Shown piece after piece: positions 39,757 to 47,435 of a stretch of DNA of 53,359 nt. The notes beneath the pieces are model-generated. The model had not been told where the DNA came from. It saw nothing but the letters and a program-made list of their open reading frames with translations, and made no database searches. A program made the position numbers and the translations under genes. Every line of letters starts with the position of its first letter. Position 1 is the stretch's first letter. Where the stretch lies: positions 1 through 53,359 of the IMG/VR virus record IMGVR_UViG_3300045988_063706; one strand, given 5' to 3'. The DNA comes from a virus.

Positions 39757-39961
39757 GCGAGCGGAAGTGTTTAACGAGGACCCCTCTCTGAATGAGACGG
39801 TGCGAAAGGGTATTGTTATCTCCCTCAATGCTGAGGACAAGACCGTGGACCTTATCCCCCTGAACCTTAGTGCGGATGAGATGCTGGGGCTGTTGTTTGC
39901 CGTGAGCCATGTGGATGCTCAGGGCCTGATTGAAATGGCCGAGGCTCAGTCCGAACAGTAA
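39749..39961 (+). CDS. Hypothetical protein (70 aa)
   Basis: The ATG overlaps the portal stop. Followed by a terminator. Confidence 0.5.
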   Translation: MYERAEVFNEDPSLNETVRKGIVISLNAEDKTVDLIPLNLSADEMLGLLFAVSHVDAQGLIEMAEAQSEQ

Positions 39962-39964
39962 AGA

Positions 39965-39999
39965 AAAGCCCCGCCCTTTTTACGGGGCGGGGTTTGTTT
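39965..39999. terminator. Bidirectional rho-independent terminator
   Basis: Stem ccccgccc/gggcgggg, 8-nt loop. T-runs on both strands. Confidence 0.8.
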
Positions 40000-40000
40000 C

Positions 40001-40198
40001 TTATCGCTTCAAAAAGTCATATTCAATATGGAGAACGGGGATTCCGGATTTCTTCATATGGCCTATCTTTGTGACCTTGGAAGCATATACCTCAGGAATC
40101 ATGCCGTCTACTGCAATCGGGTGGAAGATGTGGCCTTGTGTGCCTCTCAGGTAAAACAGTTTGCCGGGGTTCTGAGCCTTGTATTCGTTGACTGTCAT
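40001..40198 (-). CDS. Hypothetical protein (65 aa) in the minus-strand islet
   Basis: RBS taaggaggaaaacaaaATG at 40198. The track ORF was trimmed. Confidence 0.55.
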   Translation of the reverse strand: MTVNEYKAQNPGKLFYLRGTQGHIFHPIAVDGMIPEVYASKVTKIGHMKKSGIPVLHIEYDFLKR

Positions 40199-40211
40199 TT
40201 TGTTTTCCTCC

Positions 40212-40346
40212 TTAAATTTTATACATATCAACATTCCAGGAACCGAAAATCTTTTCCATCTTAGTGGCATAGGCAAGGGCTTCTTCAAATGTAGCGAACT
40301 CCTCACGCTCAACGAAGTCTTCATCAGCGGCTCTAACTACGAACAT
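40212..40346 (-). CDS. Small acidic protein (44 aa) in the minus-strand islet
   Basis: RBS agggaggaaaacaaaATG at 40346. MFVVRAADEDFVEREEFATFEEALAYATKMEKIFGSWNVDMYKI. Confidence 0.5.
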   Translation of the reverse strand: MFVVRAADEDFVEREEFATFEEALAYATKMEKIFGSWNVDMYKI

Positions 40347-40377
40347 TTTGTTTTCCTCCCTGTTTCTTTGTGAGTAT

Positions 40378-40406
40378 AATATAGCACACTCTTTCGAAGA
40401 ATGCAA
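40378..40406 (-). promoter_or_regulatory. Sigma-A-type promoter (conserved family) driving the islet
   Basis: Minus strand reads CCCTTGCAT, 17 nt (ending GTGTGC), TATATT. Confidence 0.65.
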
Positions 40407-40453
40407 GGGCTTTTTGAAAATTTCTCAGAAAAATTTTGAAAGGAGGTTTTCGT

Positions 40454-42250
40454 ATGGCAGAATGGACACTTGCTGACGCTACTCAAATCAGGGCAAACCT
40501 AACGAAAGAGCAGGAAGACGAGATATCCATGCTCTATCGCAAGGTCTATTTGCAGGTGCGAAAGCAAATGCTCGCTATTCCTAAAGACGGAACGACCTCG
40601 CAACAGCTTCAAAGGCAATATCTGGACAAACTGCATAAACAACTCGACGAGGCGTACAAGTCTCTCGGCGTGGGTCTTGAAAAGCAGATTCAAAAGGAGG
40701 CAAAGAAAGCCGCTCAAGGCGTGGTAGAGTCCTCCAAAAAGATGACGAATAAACTCGGGTTCAAGATTGAGGGTGCATACTCATTCGTTCCAAAAGATGT
40801 CATCAACGCTTTAGTGACTGGGCAGGTATATGGAGGAAACTGGAGCCTGAGTGGTGCTATCTGGGCCGACATCGACAAGAAGCAGTCCGACATCAGTAAA
40901 GTTATCGCTGAGGGCCTTGCGGCGAATAAAAGTGCATACGATATCGCAAAAGACTTGGAAACCTACGTTGACCCTAAAGCGAAAAAGGAATGGGACTGGA
41001 GCAAGGTTTATCCGGGCACAAGCAAAAAGGTCGACTACAATGCTCAGCGGCTGGCTCGTACTATGATTTCCCATGCCTACCAACAGAGTCTCGAACGGGT
41101 ATGCAAGAATAATCCATTTGTTGAGGGGTTTATCTGGCAATCCGCACACTCAAGTCGGGTTTGTCCTATCTGCGCCGAGCGGGATGGGCAGTTCTACAAA
41201 AAGGGTGAACTCCCGCTTGACCATCCGAATGGAATGTGTACCTTTATCGCAAGTATTCAAGGCTCTATGAATGATGTCGCTGACCGGCTTGCTGATTGGG
41301 CAAATGGCAAGAGTGACCCCGAACTGGACAAATGGTACGAGGATATGACCGGGGGCAAGGCTACTCCGGTATTCAACGAGGAACAAAAGAAATGGCTGGA
41401 GCCTCTTGGCTACTCGGTGAATAATATGCCTACAAACTTCAAAGAGTTTGCTACTCAGTTATCCTTTGACCAACAGAGCGAGCTCCTTTCCCTTGCCGGT
41501 GGCTCATGGAGCAGTCCTCATCCATATCAGCTCATGGAGAAATACTACAAAGAGCACTTGCTCAGTGTGAGGGCCGGGGTTTCTGCTATACAGAAGCCGA
41601 AAAAGCCTCCTATCGGTATGAGCAAGGAACTCATGGAGGAACTGTTCAGAAAGCAGGATTACTCTGTCATTGGAAAACTTTCCGAAGCGACGAATAAGTG
41701 GTGGAAGTCCTTAACTCAAGAGGAGCGAGATGCGGTTGAGGCCTATACTGGAAGTTCCTACATTGATATGAATAACTTCCTGCGTGGCATTGATAAAAAT
41801 ATCGCAGACTATATGAAGAAGCGAATTCAGGACTGCCGCTCCGCTCTTAACAAGGTAGAAAGCCCCTTTGACATCGTTGTGGGCCGTGGCTCCAGCACAA
41901 GCAGTCTCCGGGGAATGCTTGGAAAGCCTAAAGGCATGAAAACCGCTATTGATGATGGCGAACTTGCAGATTGGGTGAATAAGAACAAGGACTCTTTGAT
42001 TGGCTCTATTGCAAGCGACAAGGGTTTCCTCTCAACGACCCCTGTTGAGGGCGGCGGGTTCTCGGGCGATATCACTTATCGAATTTTTGTGCCTAAAGGC
42101 AGTCATGGAGCCTATGTTGACGAGTACAGTAGACATCAGGGTGAGCGAGAGCTCCTGTTGCAAGCCGATGGAAAGTTTAGAGTGACTGACCTTGTCGCCT
42201 CCTATGGGAATAGGGTTACGGTCTATATGGAGTACATTCCGCAAAAATAA
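40454..42250 (+). CDS. Minor head protein (SPP1 gp7 / Mu F-like) fused to a C-terminal ADP-ribosyltransferase (R-S-E type) domain
   Basis: gp7 core ARTMISHAYQQS...WQSAHSSRVCPICAERDGQFY...LDHPNGMCTF. ART region from about nt 41690: AYTGSSYIDMNNFLRG, VVGRGS (Arg), GFLSTT (STS-like), QGERELLL (ExE). Confidence 0.8.
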   Translation: MAEWTLADATQIRANLTKEQEDEISMLYRKVYLQVRKQMLAIPKDGTTSQQLQRQYLDKLHKQLDEAYKSLGVGLEKQIQKEAKKAAQGVVESSKKMTNKLGFKIEGAYSFVPKDVINALVTGQVYGGNWSLSGAIWADIDKKQSDISKVIAEGLAANKSAYDIAKDLETYVDPKAKKEWDWSKVYPGTSKKVDYNAQRLARTMISHAYQQSLERVCKNNPFVEGFIWQSAHSSRVCPICAERDGQFYKKGELPLDHPNGMCTFIASIQGSMNDVADRLADWANGKSDPELDKWYEDMTGGKATPVFNEEQKKWLEPLGYSVNNMPTNFKEFATQLSFDQQSELLSLAGGSWSSPHPYQLMEKYYKEHLLSVRAGVSAIQKPKKPPIGMSKELMEELFRKQDYSVIGKLSEATNKWWKSLTQEERDAVEAYTGSSYIDMNNFLRGIDKNIADYMKKRIQDCRSALNKVESPFDIVVGRGSSTSSLRGMLGKPKGMKTAIDDGELADWVNKNKDSLIGSIASDKGFLSTTPVEGGGFSGDITYRIFVPKGSHGAYVDEYSRHQGERELLLQADGKFRVTDLVASYGNRVTVYMEYIPQK

Positions 42251-42253
42251 CTC

Positions 42254-42282
42254 TTGCATTCTGTTTCTTTCTATGGTATAAT
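42254..42282 (+). promoter_or_regulatory. Sigma-A-type promoter (conserved early-type family) inside the structural module
   Basis: CTCTTGCAT, 17 nt (ending CTATGG), TATAAT. Confidence 0.7.
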
Positions 42283-42306
42283 GCAAGTGGAAAGGAGTGA
42301 GACTAT

Positions 42307-42492
42307 ATGTCAAGCAAATTCGAATGGACAGAAGAGACGGCTCCGAAGCCGGTACGCATGGAAGACCTCGTCTGTAAAGACTGCTTCCATAGGAGCGGAC
42401 GAACTGACATCTGTGCTGAGTATCAGGAACTAAAGCCTTTCTCAGTGCTGGATGGTGGTTCTTGTCCACACTACAAAAAGGAGAAGAAATGA
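42307..42492 (+). CDS. Small zinc-ribbon protein (61 aa)
   Basis: RBS gaaaggagtgagactatATG. CKDCFH...ICAEY...SCPHY. Confidence 0.55.
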   Translation: MSSKFEWTEETAPKPVRMEDLVCKDCFHRSGRTDICAEYQELKPFSVLDGGSCPHYKKEKK

Positions 42493-43316
42493 TAAAGAAC
42501 AAGGACAAAATTCTCGGTTCCCTGATTGGGTTTGCTATTGGCGACGCTATGGGTGCAACGACCGAGTTCATGAGCAAGGAGCAAATTCAAAAGCAATACG
42601 GAAAAGTCGACCATATCATGGGCGGCGGTTGGTTAAATCTGCGCCCCGGCTCCGTCACTGATGATACGCAAATGTCCCTCGTAGTTTATAGGGCTATGCG
42701 GGACACGGCTGGTCATCCTGAGCGGACGCTCGAGACGATGTGCGCCGGGTTTAGGGCGTGGGCGGACAGCAACCCGCCTGACATTGGTGGGGCCTGTCGA
42801 CGGGCGATTTACGGAACAAAGTCGCTGAAACCCCGTGCGTGGATATGGCATAACAAGCGGCGACAGGAGGCAACCAAACACAAGGACCTCGGCAACGGTG
42901 GCCTCATGCGCTGTCTTGTGCCTCTGCTGGCGGGTGACTTACGACTGGCAAAGGCTCAGTCTTATCTCACGCATTCCGTTGACACTCACGACACCTATAT
43001 CGAACTCTACTACGAAGCCCTCCAGGATGCCTTTCTTGGGCTGAGGCCTGTATATCCGAAGCACATGGAGCCGACGGGTCATGTCATCAATACTGAGCGA
43101 AATGCTGAATATTGGTGTTATGCTACGACTTCATTCGAGGAGGCTATTATTGGGGCCGTAAATGATGGGGGCGACGCTGATACCATAGCCGCTCTCACTG
43201 GAGGCCTTGCCGGTGCTCTGTATGGGTTTGAGGCAATTCCATTTGAGTGGGTAAATGCCCTCGAACCAGAGGTCGCCGATGAACTTTGTGACTGTGCAGA
43301 CTGGCTCATAAAATGA
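42489..43316 (+). CDS. ADP-ribosylglycohydrolase (ARH/DraG family)
   Basis: GSLIGFAIGDAMGATTEF, SVTDDTQMSL, and the C-terminal GGDADTIAALTGGLAGALYG. Confidence 0.9.
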   Translation: MIKNKDKILGSLIGFAIGDAMGATTEFMSKEQIQKQYGKVDHIMGGGWLNLRPGSVTDDTQMSLVVYRAMRDTAGHPERTLETMCAGFRAWADSNPPDIGGACRRAIYGTKSLKPRAWIWHNKRRQEATKHKDLGNGGLMRCLVPLLAGDLRLAKAQSYLTHSVDTHDTYIELYYEALQDAFLGLRPVYPKHMEPTGHVINTERNAEYWCYATTSFEEAIIGAVNDGGDADTIAALTGGLAGALYGFEAIPFEWVNALEPEVADELCDCADWLIK

Positions 43317-43333
43317 CAACTTAAAAATCGCTG

Positions 43334-43370
43334 AAAGCCCTGAGCCGCAACGGTTCGGGGCTTTACCTTT
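43334..43370 (+). terminator. Rho-independent terminator
   Basis: 14-bp stem aaagccctgagccg/cggttcggggcttt (two G-U pairs), 3-nt loop, then accttttat. Confidence 0.65.
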
Positions 43371-43387
43371 TATGGTAAACAACTACC

Positions 43388-43416
43388 TTGTCAAAGTTCA
43401 GAGTTCGATGTATAAT
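43388..43416 (+). promoter_or_regulatory. Promoter ahead of the head genes
   Basis: TTGTCA, 17 nt, TATAAT. Confidence 0.6.
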
Positions 43417-43496
43417 TCAAATAGGTGTTTACCGGAGTTCAGTAAAACCGGATTAAAGTGACCGGGCATTCATCCCGGAGAAAAGGAGAAAACACT

Positions 43497-44171
43497 ATGA
43501 ACGAGAAGAGCAAACTTAAGGGGATTGGACTCCAGTTCTTTGCCGATGGCGGAGACCCCGGTGCTGGCGGTGATGGCGGGAATCCTGAGGGCGGTGCTGG
43601 TGGTACTGGTGGCTCCGGCGGTGGAACTGGCGGAGAGGGTGGTACTCAGACCAAAACCTTTACTCAGGAAGAAGTCAATAGAATGCTGGCAAACGAGAAG
43701 CGTCAGGGCAGACAGGCCGCTCTCAAGGCTCTGGGTCTTGACCCCAACGACAAGGACGCCGAGAAAAAGGCAAAGGCCATTCTCGACACTCAGAAGACTC
43801 AGGCCGAAAAGGATGCTGAGGCCCTCACCACTGAAAAGAATGCCCGTGCTGAGGCTGAGGCAAAGGCACTCGCCGCCGAACGTAAACTCGCAGTCCTCAC
43901 AACTGGATGCAAGGCTGAGTTCGTCGAGGAAGTGTTTGCGCTGGCCTCTGCAAAGGTAAACGACTCCACTGACTTTGAGGCCGCTCTCAAGGCAGTCAAG
44001 GAGAAGTGTCCCGCATTCTTTGAGGGTGACGGTGGTGGCGACCCCGGTACTGGTGGCGGTCAGGGTCATCGTCGTCAGAAACAGGGTGAAAAGCCCGGTG
44101 CAAGAGGAGCCGCTCTTGCTCAGAGTGTTATCTCTTCGAACCCCACAAAAAATCCGTATTTCAATGATTAA
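43497..44171 (+). CDS. Scaffolding protein
   Basis: RBS gaaaaggagaaaacactATG. N-terminal GIGLQFFAD motif, Gly-rich tract, long Ala/Lys/Glu coiled coil. Positioned before the decoration and capsid genes. Confidence 0.75.
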   Translation: MNEKSKLKGIGLQFFADGGDPGAGGDGGNPEGGAGGTGGSGGGTGGEGGTQTKTFTQEEVNRMLANEKRQGRQAALKALGLDPNDKDAEKKAKAILDTQKTQAEKDAEALTTEKNARAEAEAKALAAERKLAVLTTGCKAEFVEEVFALASAKVNDSTDFEAALKAVKEKCPAFFEGDGGGDPGTGGGQGHRRQKQGEKPGARGAALAQSVISSNPTKNPYFND

Positions 44172-44183
44172 GGAGGAAAAGAA

Positions 44184-44567
44184 ATGTTGAATCGCTCTGG
44201 TATCAGAAAAGAAACTGCTGGCGCTCCGGTTCAGATTCTGGGTTCTACGAGTCCCTATTATGCAATCGGGATTATCGTGGATGACTCTGCCGGAACCGTC
44301 GTCGGCTCCCGCAAGATTGTTAAGGCCGGTACTCCCCTCACCGTGGACTTCTCGAACCTCCAGACCCCGGCGACAAAGATTGCCGCAAATACAAACATCG
44401 GGGATGCGAACGTCATTCTGCTCCATGACGTTGACGTCACCAACGGGGATGCAAACGGCTCCGGTCTGGTGACGGGCATTGTGAACTACAACCGTTTGGA
44501 GACCGACGTTCAGGCCCTGCTCAAGCCCGGTAACTCTGTTTCCGGTGTGTTCTGTATTGCGCTGTAA
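44184..44567 (+). CDS. Head decoration protein (candidate)
   Basis: 127 aa, between the scaffold and an E-type major capsid gene. Called on position and size. Confidence 0.5.
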   Translation: MLNRSGIRKETAGAPVQILGSTSPYYAIGIIVDDSAGTVVGSRKIVKAGTPLTVDFSNLQTPATKIAANTNIGDANVILLHDVDVTNGDANGSGLVTGIVNYNRLETDVQALLKPGNSVSGVFCIAL

Positions 44568-44583
44568 AGGAGGAAAACAAAAC

Positions 44584-45687
44584 ATGAATAAGAGAAAGTC
44601 TGTGCTGAGCGGTATCGGCTTGCAGTTTTTCGCCGAGCGCCTGTCCATCTTCGACTTGGTCAAGGCTCCTGAGCTGACCGCATACTGGGAAACTTTCATC
44701 AAGGACCGGCCTCCCTATCTGGGCGAGACCCTGTGGAACAACCAGAAGAAACTCGGCCTGGACCTCAAGTGGATTAAGGGTTCTCAGGGTCTGCCCGTTG
44801 TTCTGAAGCCCTCCGCCTTTGATGTGAATGCTGTTCCCCGGCCCCGTATCGGCTTTGACCGGCTGTCCGCTGAGATGCCGTTCTTCAAGGAGAGCACCTA
44901 CATTGACGAGGAACTGCGTCAGCAGTTGAACATGGTCATCGAGACCGGCAATCAGGCATATATCGATTCCGTCCTGAACCGTGTGTTCAACGACGAGATT
45001 CGTCTGCTGGAGGGTGCTCGTGCCCGTCGTGAGATGATGCGTATGATGATGCTGACTACCGGCTCTATCGCTATCTCTGCGAATGGGCAGAACTACTCCT
45101 ATGACTACGGCGTCCCCGCCGAGCACAAGGCGACCGTCACGAAGTCCTGGAGCGACCCCTCTGCCGACATCCTGGCCGATGTGCGGGGCTGGCAGGACAA
45201 GGTCGAGAGCGATACCGGCGTCCGTCCCACTCGGGCCGTGTGTGACTCCAAGACTTGGGGTTATATCAAGAAGAATACCATCATCTCTAAGGCTATCTAT
45301 GTGATTGCCGGTGGTGGCATTCTGGTCTCTGATGCCCGTGTCAAGGCTCTGCTCAAGGAGGAACTGGACCTGGAGGTCGTTGTGTACTCCAAACTCTACA
45401 CGGGTGACTCTGGTAAGGCTGTGAAGTTCATCCCCGACGACACTTTCGTTCTGTTCCCGACCGGTCTGCTGGGTTCCACTTGGTTCGGCACCACTCCCGA
45501 GGAGTCCGACCTGCTGACCAGCAACGTCGCCAACGTGTCCATCACCGATACCGGCGTCGCCGTTTGCACTTCCGAAAAGGTTGACCCCGTCAATGTGGAG
45601 ACAAAGGTTTCCATGGTCTCTCTGCCCTCTTTCGAGGCCGCTGACCAGATTTTCATCGCTGACGTGAGCGCCGGAGGGGAGGCGTAA
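44584..45687 (+). CDS. Major capsid protein (lambda gpE-like family)
   Basis: RBS taaaggaggaaaacaaaacATG. N-terminal GIGLQFFAE motif. ELTAYWETFIKDRPPYLGETLWNNQKKLGLDLKWIKGSQGLPVVLKPSAFD fits the Phage_cap_E pattern. Confidence 0.8.
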   Translation: MNKRKSVLSGIGLQFFAERLSIFDLVKAPELTAYWETFIKDRPPYLGETLWNNQKKLGLDLKWIKGSQGLPVVLKPSAFDVNAVPRPRIGFDRLSAEMPFFKESTYIDEELRQQLNMVIETGNQAYIDSVLNRVFNDEIRLLEGARARREMMRMMMLTTGSIAISANGQNYSYDYGVPAEHKATVTKSWSDPSADILADVRGWQDKVESDTGVRPTRAVCDSKTWGYIKKNTIISKAIYVIAGGGILVSDARVKALLKEELDLEVVVYSKLYTGDSGKAVKFIPDDTFVLFPTGLLGSTWFGTTPEESDLLTSNVANVSITDTGVAVCTSEKVDPVNVETKVSMVSLPSFEAADQIFIADVSAGGEA

Positions 45688-45690
45688 ACC

Positions 45691-46071
45691 ATGGTCACAA
45701 TTGAGAGAGCCGGTCATGTACTGACTGTCACTCAGGGCGCATTCAAGGCCCTGTATAAGCCCATGGGGTACGTCATCGTCGGGACTGAGGGAGAGCCTGA
45801 GGCCTCCCCGGTCCCTGACGAGGTAACTACTCCCCCTGTCGACGAGGATGGCTCTGAGGACGACCAGACCTCCGAGGAGGACGAGGTTCAGGACGATGGC
45901 GAAGACACCGACGAAGACCAGGACGATGAGGACCTCGAGGAGAAGCCCCTCAGCGAAATGAACTTCAAGGAGTTGAAAGCCTATGCCAAACGGCGGGGAA
46001 TCAACGTGAATGGCATGAGTAGCAAGAAAGAGGTCCGTGAAGCCATTCTGGAGGCCGAGGAGGAAGACTAA
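45691..46071 (+). CDS. Head-associated protein with an acidic tract and a Rho-N/SAP-like C-terminal motif
   Basis: DEDGSEDDQTSEEDEVQDDGEDTDEDQDDEDLEE, then LSEMNFKELKAYAKRRGINVNGMSSKKEVREAIL. Confidence 0.6.
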   Translation: MVTIERAGHVLTVTQGAFKALYKPMGYVIVGTEGEPEASPVPDEVTTPPVDEDGSEDDQTSEEDEVQDDGEDTDEDQDDEDLEEKPLSEMNFKELKAYAKRRGINVNGMSSKKEVREAILEAEEED

Positions 46072-46086
46072 GAAAGGAGGAATACC

Positions 46087-46353
46087 ATGGCCGGAGAAAA
46101 CCCTATTGACAGCATGAAAATCGTTCTCCGGGAAAAGGACATTCCTTTCTTTTCTGACGAAGAGTTGCAGTTCTACCTCAGCGCAAACGGCGGGAACGTC
46201 AACGACGCCCTGTATCAATGTTTGTGCATAAAGGCAGAGAACACAACGATGTCTCTTTCCGGGTTTTCAACGGGTGACACAAGCACCTATTTCCGTCGCC
46301 TTGCGAATATGTACCGTCCCTCCAACTCTGGGACGCTGGGAGGTACTGTATGA
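46087..46353 (+). CDS. Head-tail connector (adaptor) protein, candidate
   Basis: Position and size within the connector block. Confidence 0.5.
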   Translation: MAGENPIDSMKIVLREKDIPFFSDEELQFYLSANGGNVNDALYQCLCIKAENTTMSLSGFSTGDTSTYFRRLANMYRPSNSGTLGGTV

Positions 46354-46709
46354 GAACCCCGAAATTCGAACTGAATAAGCTGGTTCGGCTCATCCGGACG
46401 CATGGGGTTCCCTACGAGTTCCAGCGTGATGGAGTTGATGAGTTCAAAGAACCCGTAAAGGCGGCGTCCAAAATCAGCGTGAATGGGGTGTACCACGAAC
46501 AGAGTCAACATCTTACTCTCACTGAGGCGGACGCCGCCTCTGTTAGACAGAAGCAAAGTCCCTATATTCTGGCTCTGTTTTCAGAGGCAAACGGTATCAA
46601 ACAGGGCGACTATGTCATCATAAATGGATTGAAATACACGGTGGTCGGGACGAATAATATTGGGAACTGGAACCTTGCGCTCGACATCAGTCTGGAGGAA
46701 CCTGTATGA
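46350..46709 (+). CDS. Head closure / head-tail joining protein, candidate
   Basis: 4-nt overlaps on both sides. Called on position. Confidence 0.5.
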   Translation: MRTPKFELNKLVRLIRTHGVPYEFQRDGVDEFKEPVKAASKISVNGVYHEQSQHLTLTEADAASVRQKQSPYILALFSEANGIKQGDYVIINGLKYTVVGTNNIGNWNLALDISLEEPV

Positions 46710-47059
46710 ACTTTAGACTGGATGCGGAGTCGTTGCTGAATGGGCTTGCAAACTTTGAAACAAGGGCGCAAGCGGCTATCCGTATGTATGCGGAAACCTC
46801 AGCACTCAAACTCCAAAACTACGCAAAGGAAAAGGCCCGGTGGACCGATAGAACCGGACACGCTCGTCAGCGATTGACAGGTGAGGCGCTCACCGTGACG
46901 AATGGGTATAAGTTGCGGCTCGCCCATGGGGTTGATTATGGAAAATGGCTGGAACTGGCCCACGAGAAACGGTTTGCAATCATCATGGAGACTATTGAGA
47001 TAGTTGGTTCCTCGGAAATTCTTCCCGGCTTTGAAAGGCTCTTAGAGAGGGTGAGGTAA
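46706..47059 (+). CDS. HK97 gp10-like tail-component protein
   Basis: AKEKARWTDRTGHARQRLTGE...WLELAHEKRFAII resembles the gp10 family pattern. Confidence 0.6.
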   Translation: MNFRLDAESLLNGLANFETRAQAAIRMYAETSALKLQNYAKEKARWTDRTGHARQRLTGEALTVTNGYKLRLAHGVDYGKWLELAHEKRFAIIMETIEIVGSSEILPGFERLLERVR

Positions 47060-47422
47060 ATGCCACAAGAAACGAGATACATGGATATTTTCAAGCACCT
47101 TTCTGACAATGGCATTGACGTCTACTCTCCCGCTCAGAAAAAGGGCGAATGTGAGGCCCCGTATGTGGTGCTCAAAGATGCAGGTACTACCAAAATCGCC
47201 GGACTGAGCACTACTCAAACCATCTATGACGTCATGTGCTATGTGCCGAAAGACCATTTCACACTCTTGGAAAAGTACGTCCAAAGGGTAAAGCAAGTCA
47301 TGAGCCAACTGCAACCGATGATAATGCCGGTATTCATCGAGACTGCGTCGTTTTACGACGATTCTGTAGAGGCTCACATGATTAGCGTTCAATACCGAAA
47401 CAACCGTAAAATCATTCTTTGA
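47060..47422 (+). CDS. Tail completion / terminator protein, candidate
   Basis: Positioned immediately before the major tail protein. Confidence 0.5.
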   Translation: MPQETRYMDIFKHLSDNGIDVYSPAQKKGECEAPYVVLKDAGTTKIAGLSTTQTIYDVMCYVPKDHFTLLEKYVQRVKQVMSQLQPMIMPVFIETASFYDDSVEAHMISVQYRNNRKIIL

Positions 47423-47435
47423 GGAGGTTTACACT

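Noticed and set aside
43470-44702. 410-aa minus-strand ORF
   Set aside because: It is antisense to the scaffold and decoration genes. No RBS and no motif. Shadow ORF.
44521-46218. 565-aa minus-strand ORF, the longest antisense ORF in the window
   Set aside because: It lies fully antisense to the major capsid gene and its neighbours, which have RBSs, synteny and recognisable motifs. Its translation is low-complexity (G/L/V/D-rich), and it has no RBS or promoter. It is a stop-codon-poor shadow frame.
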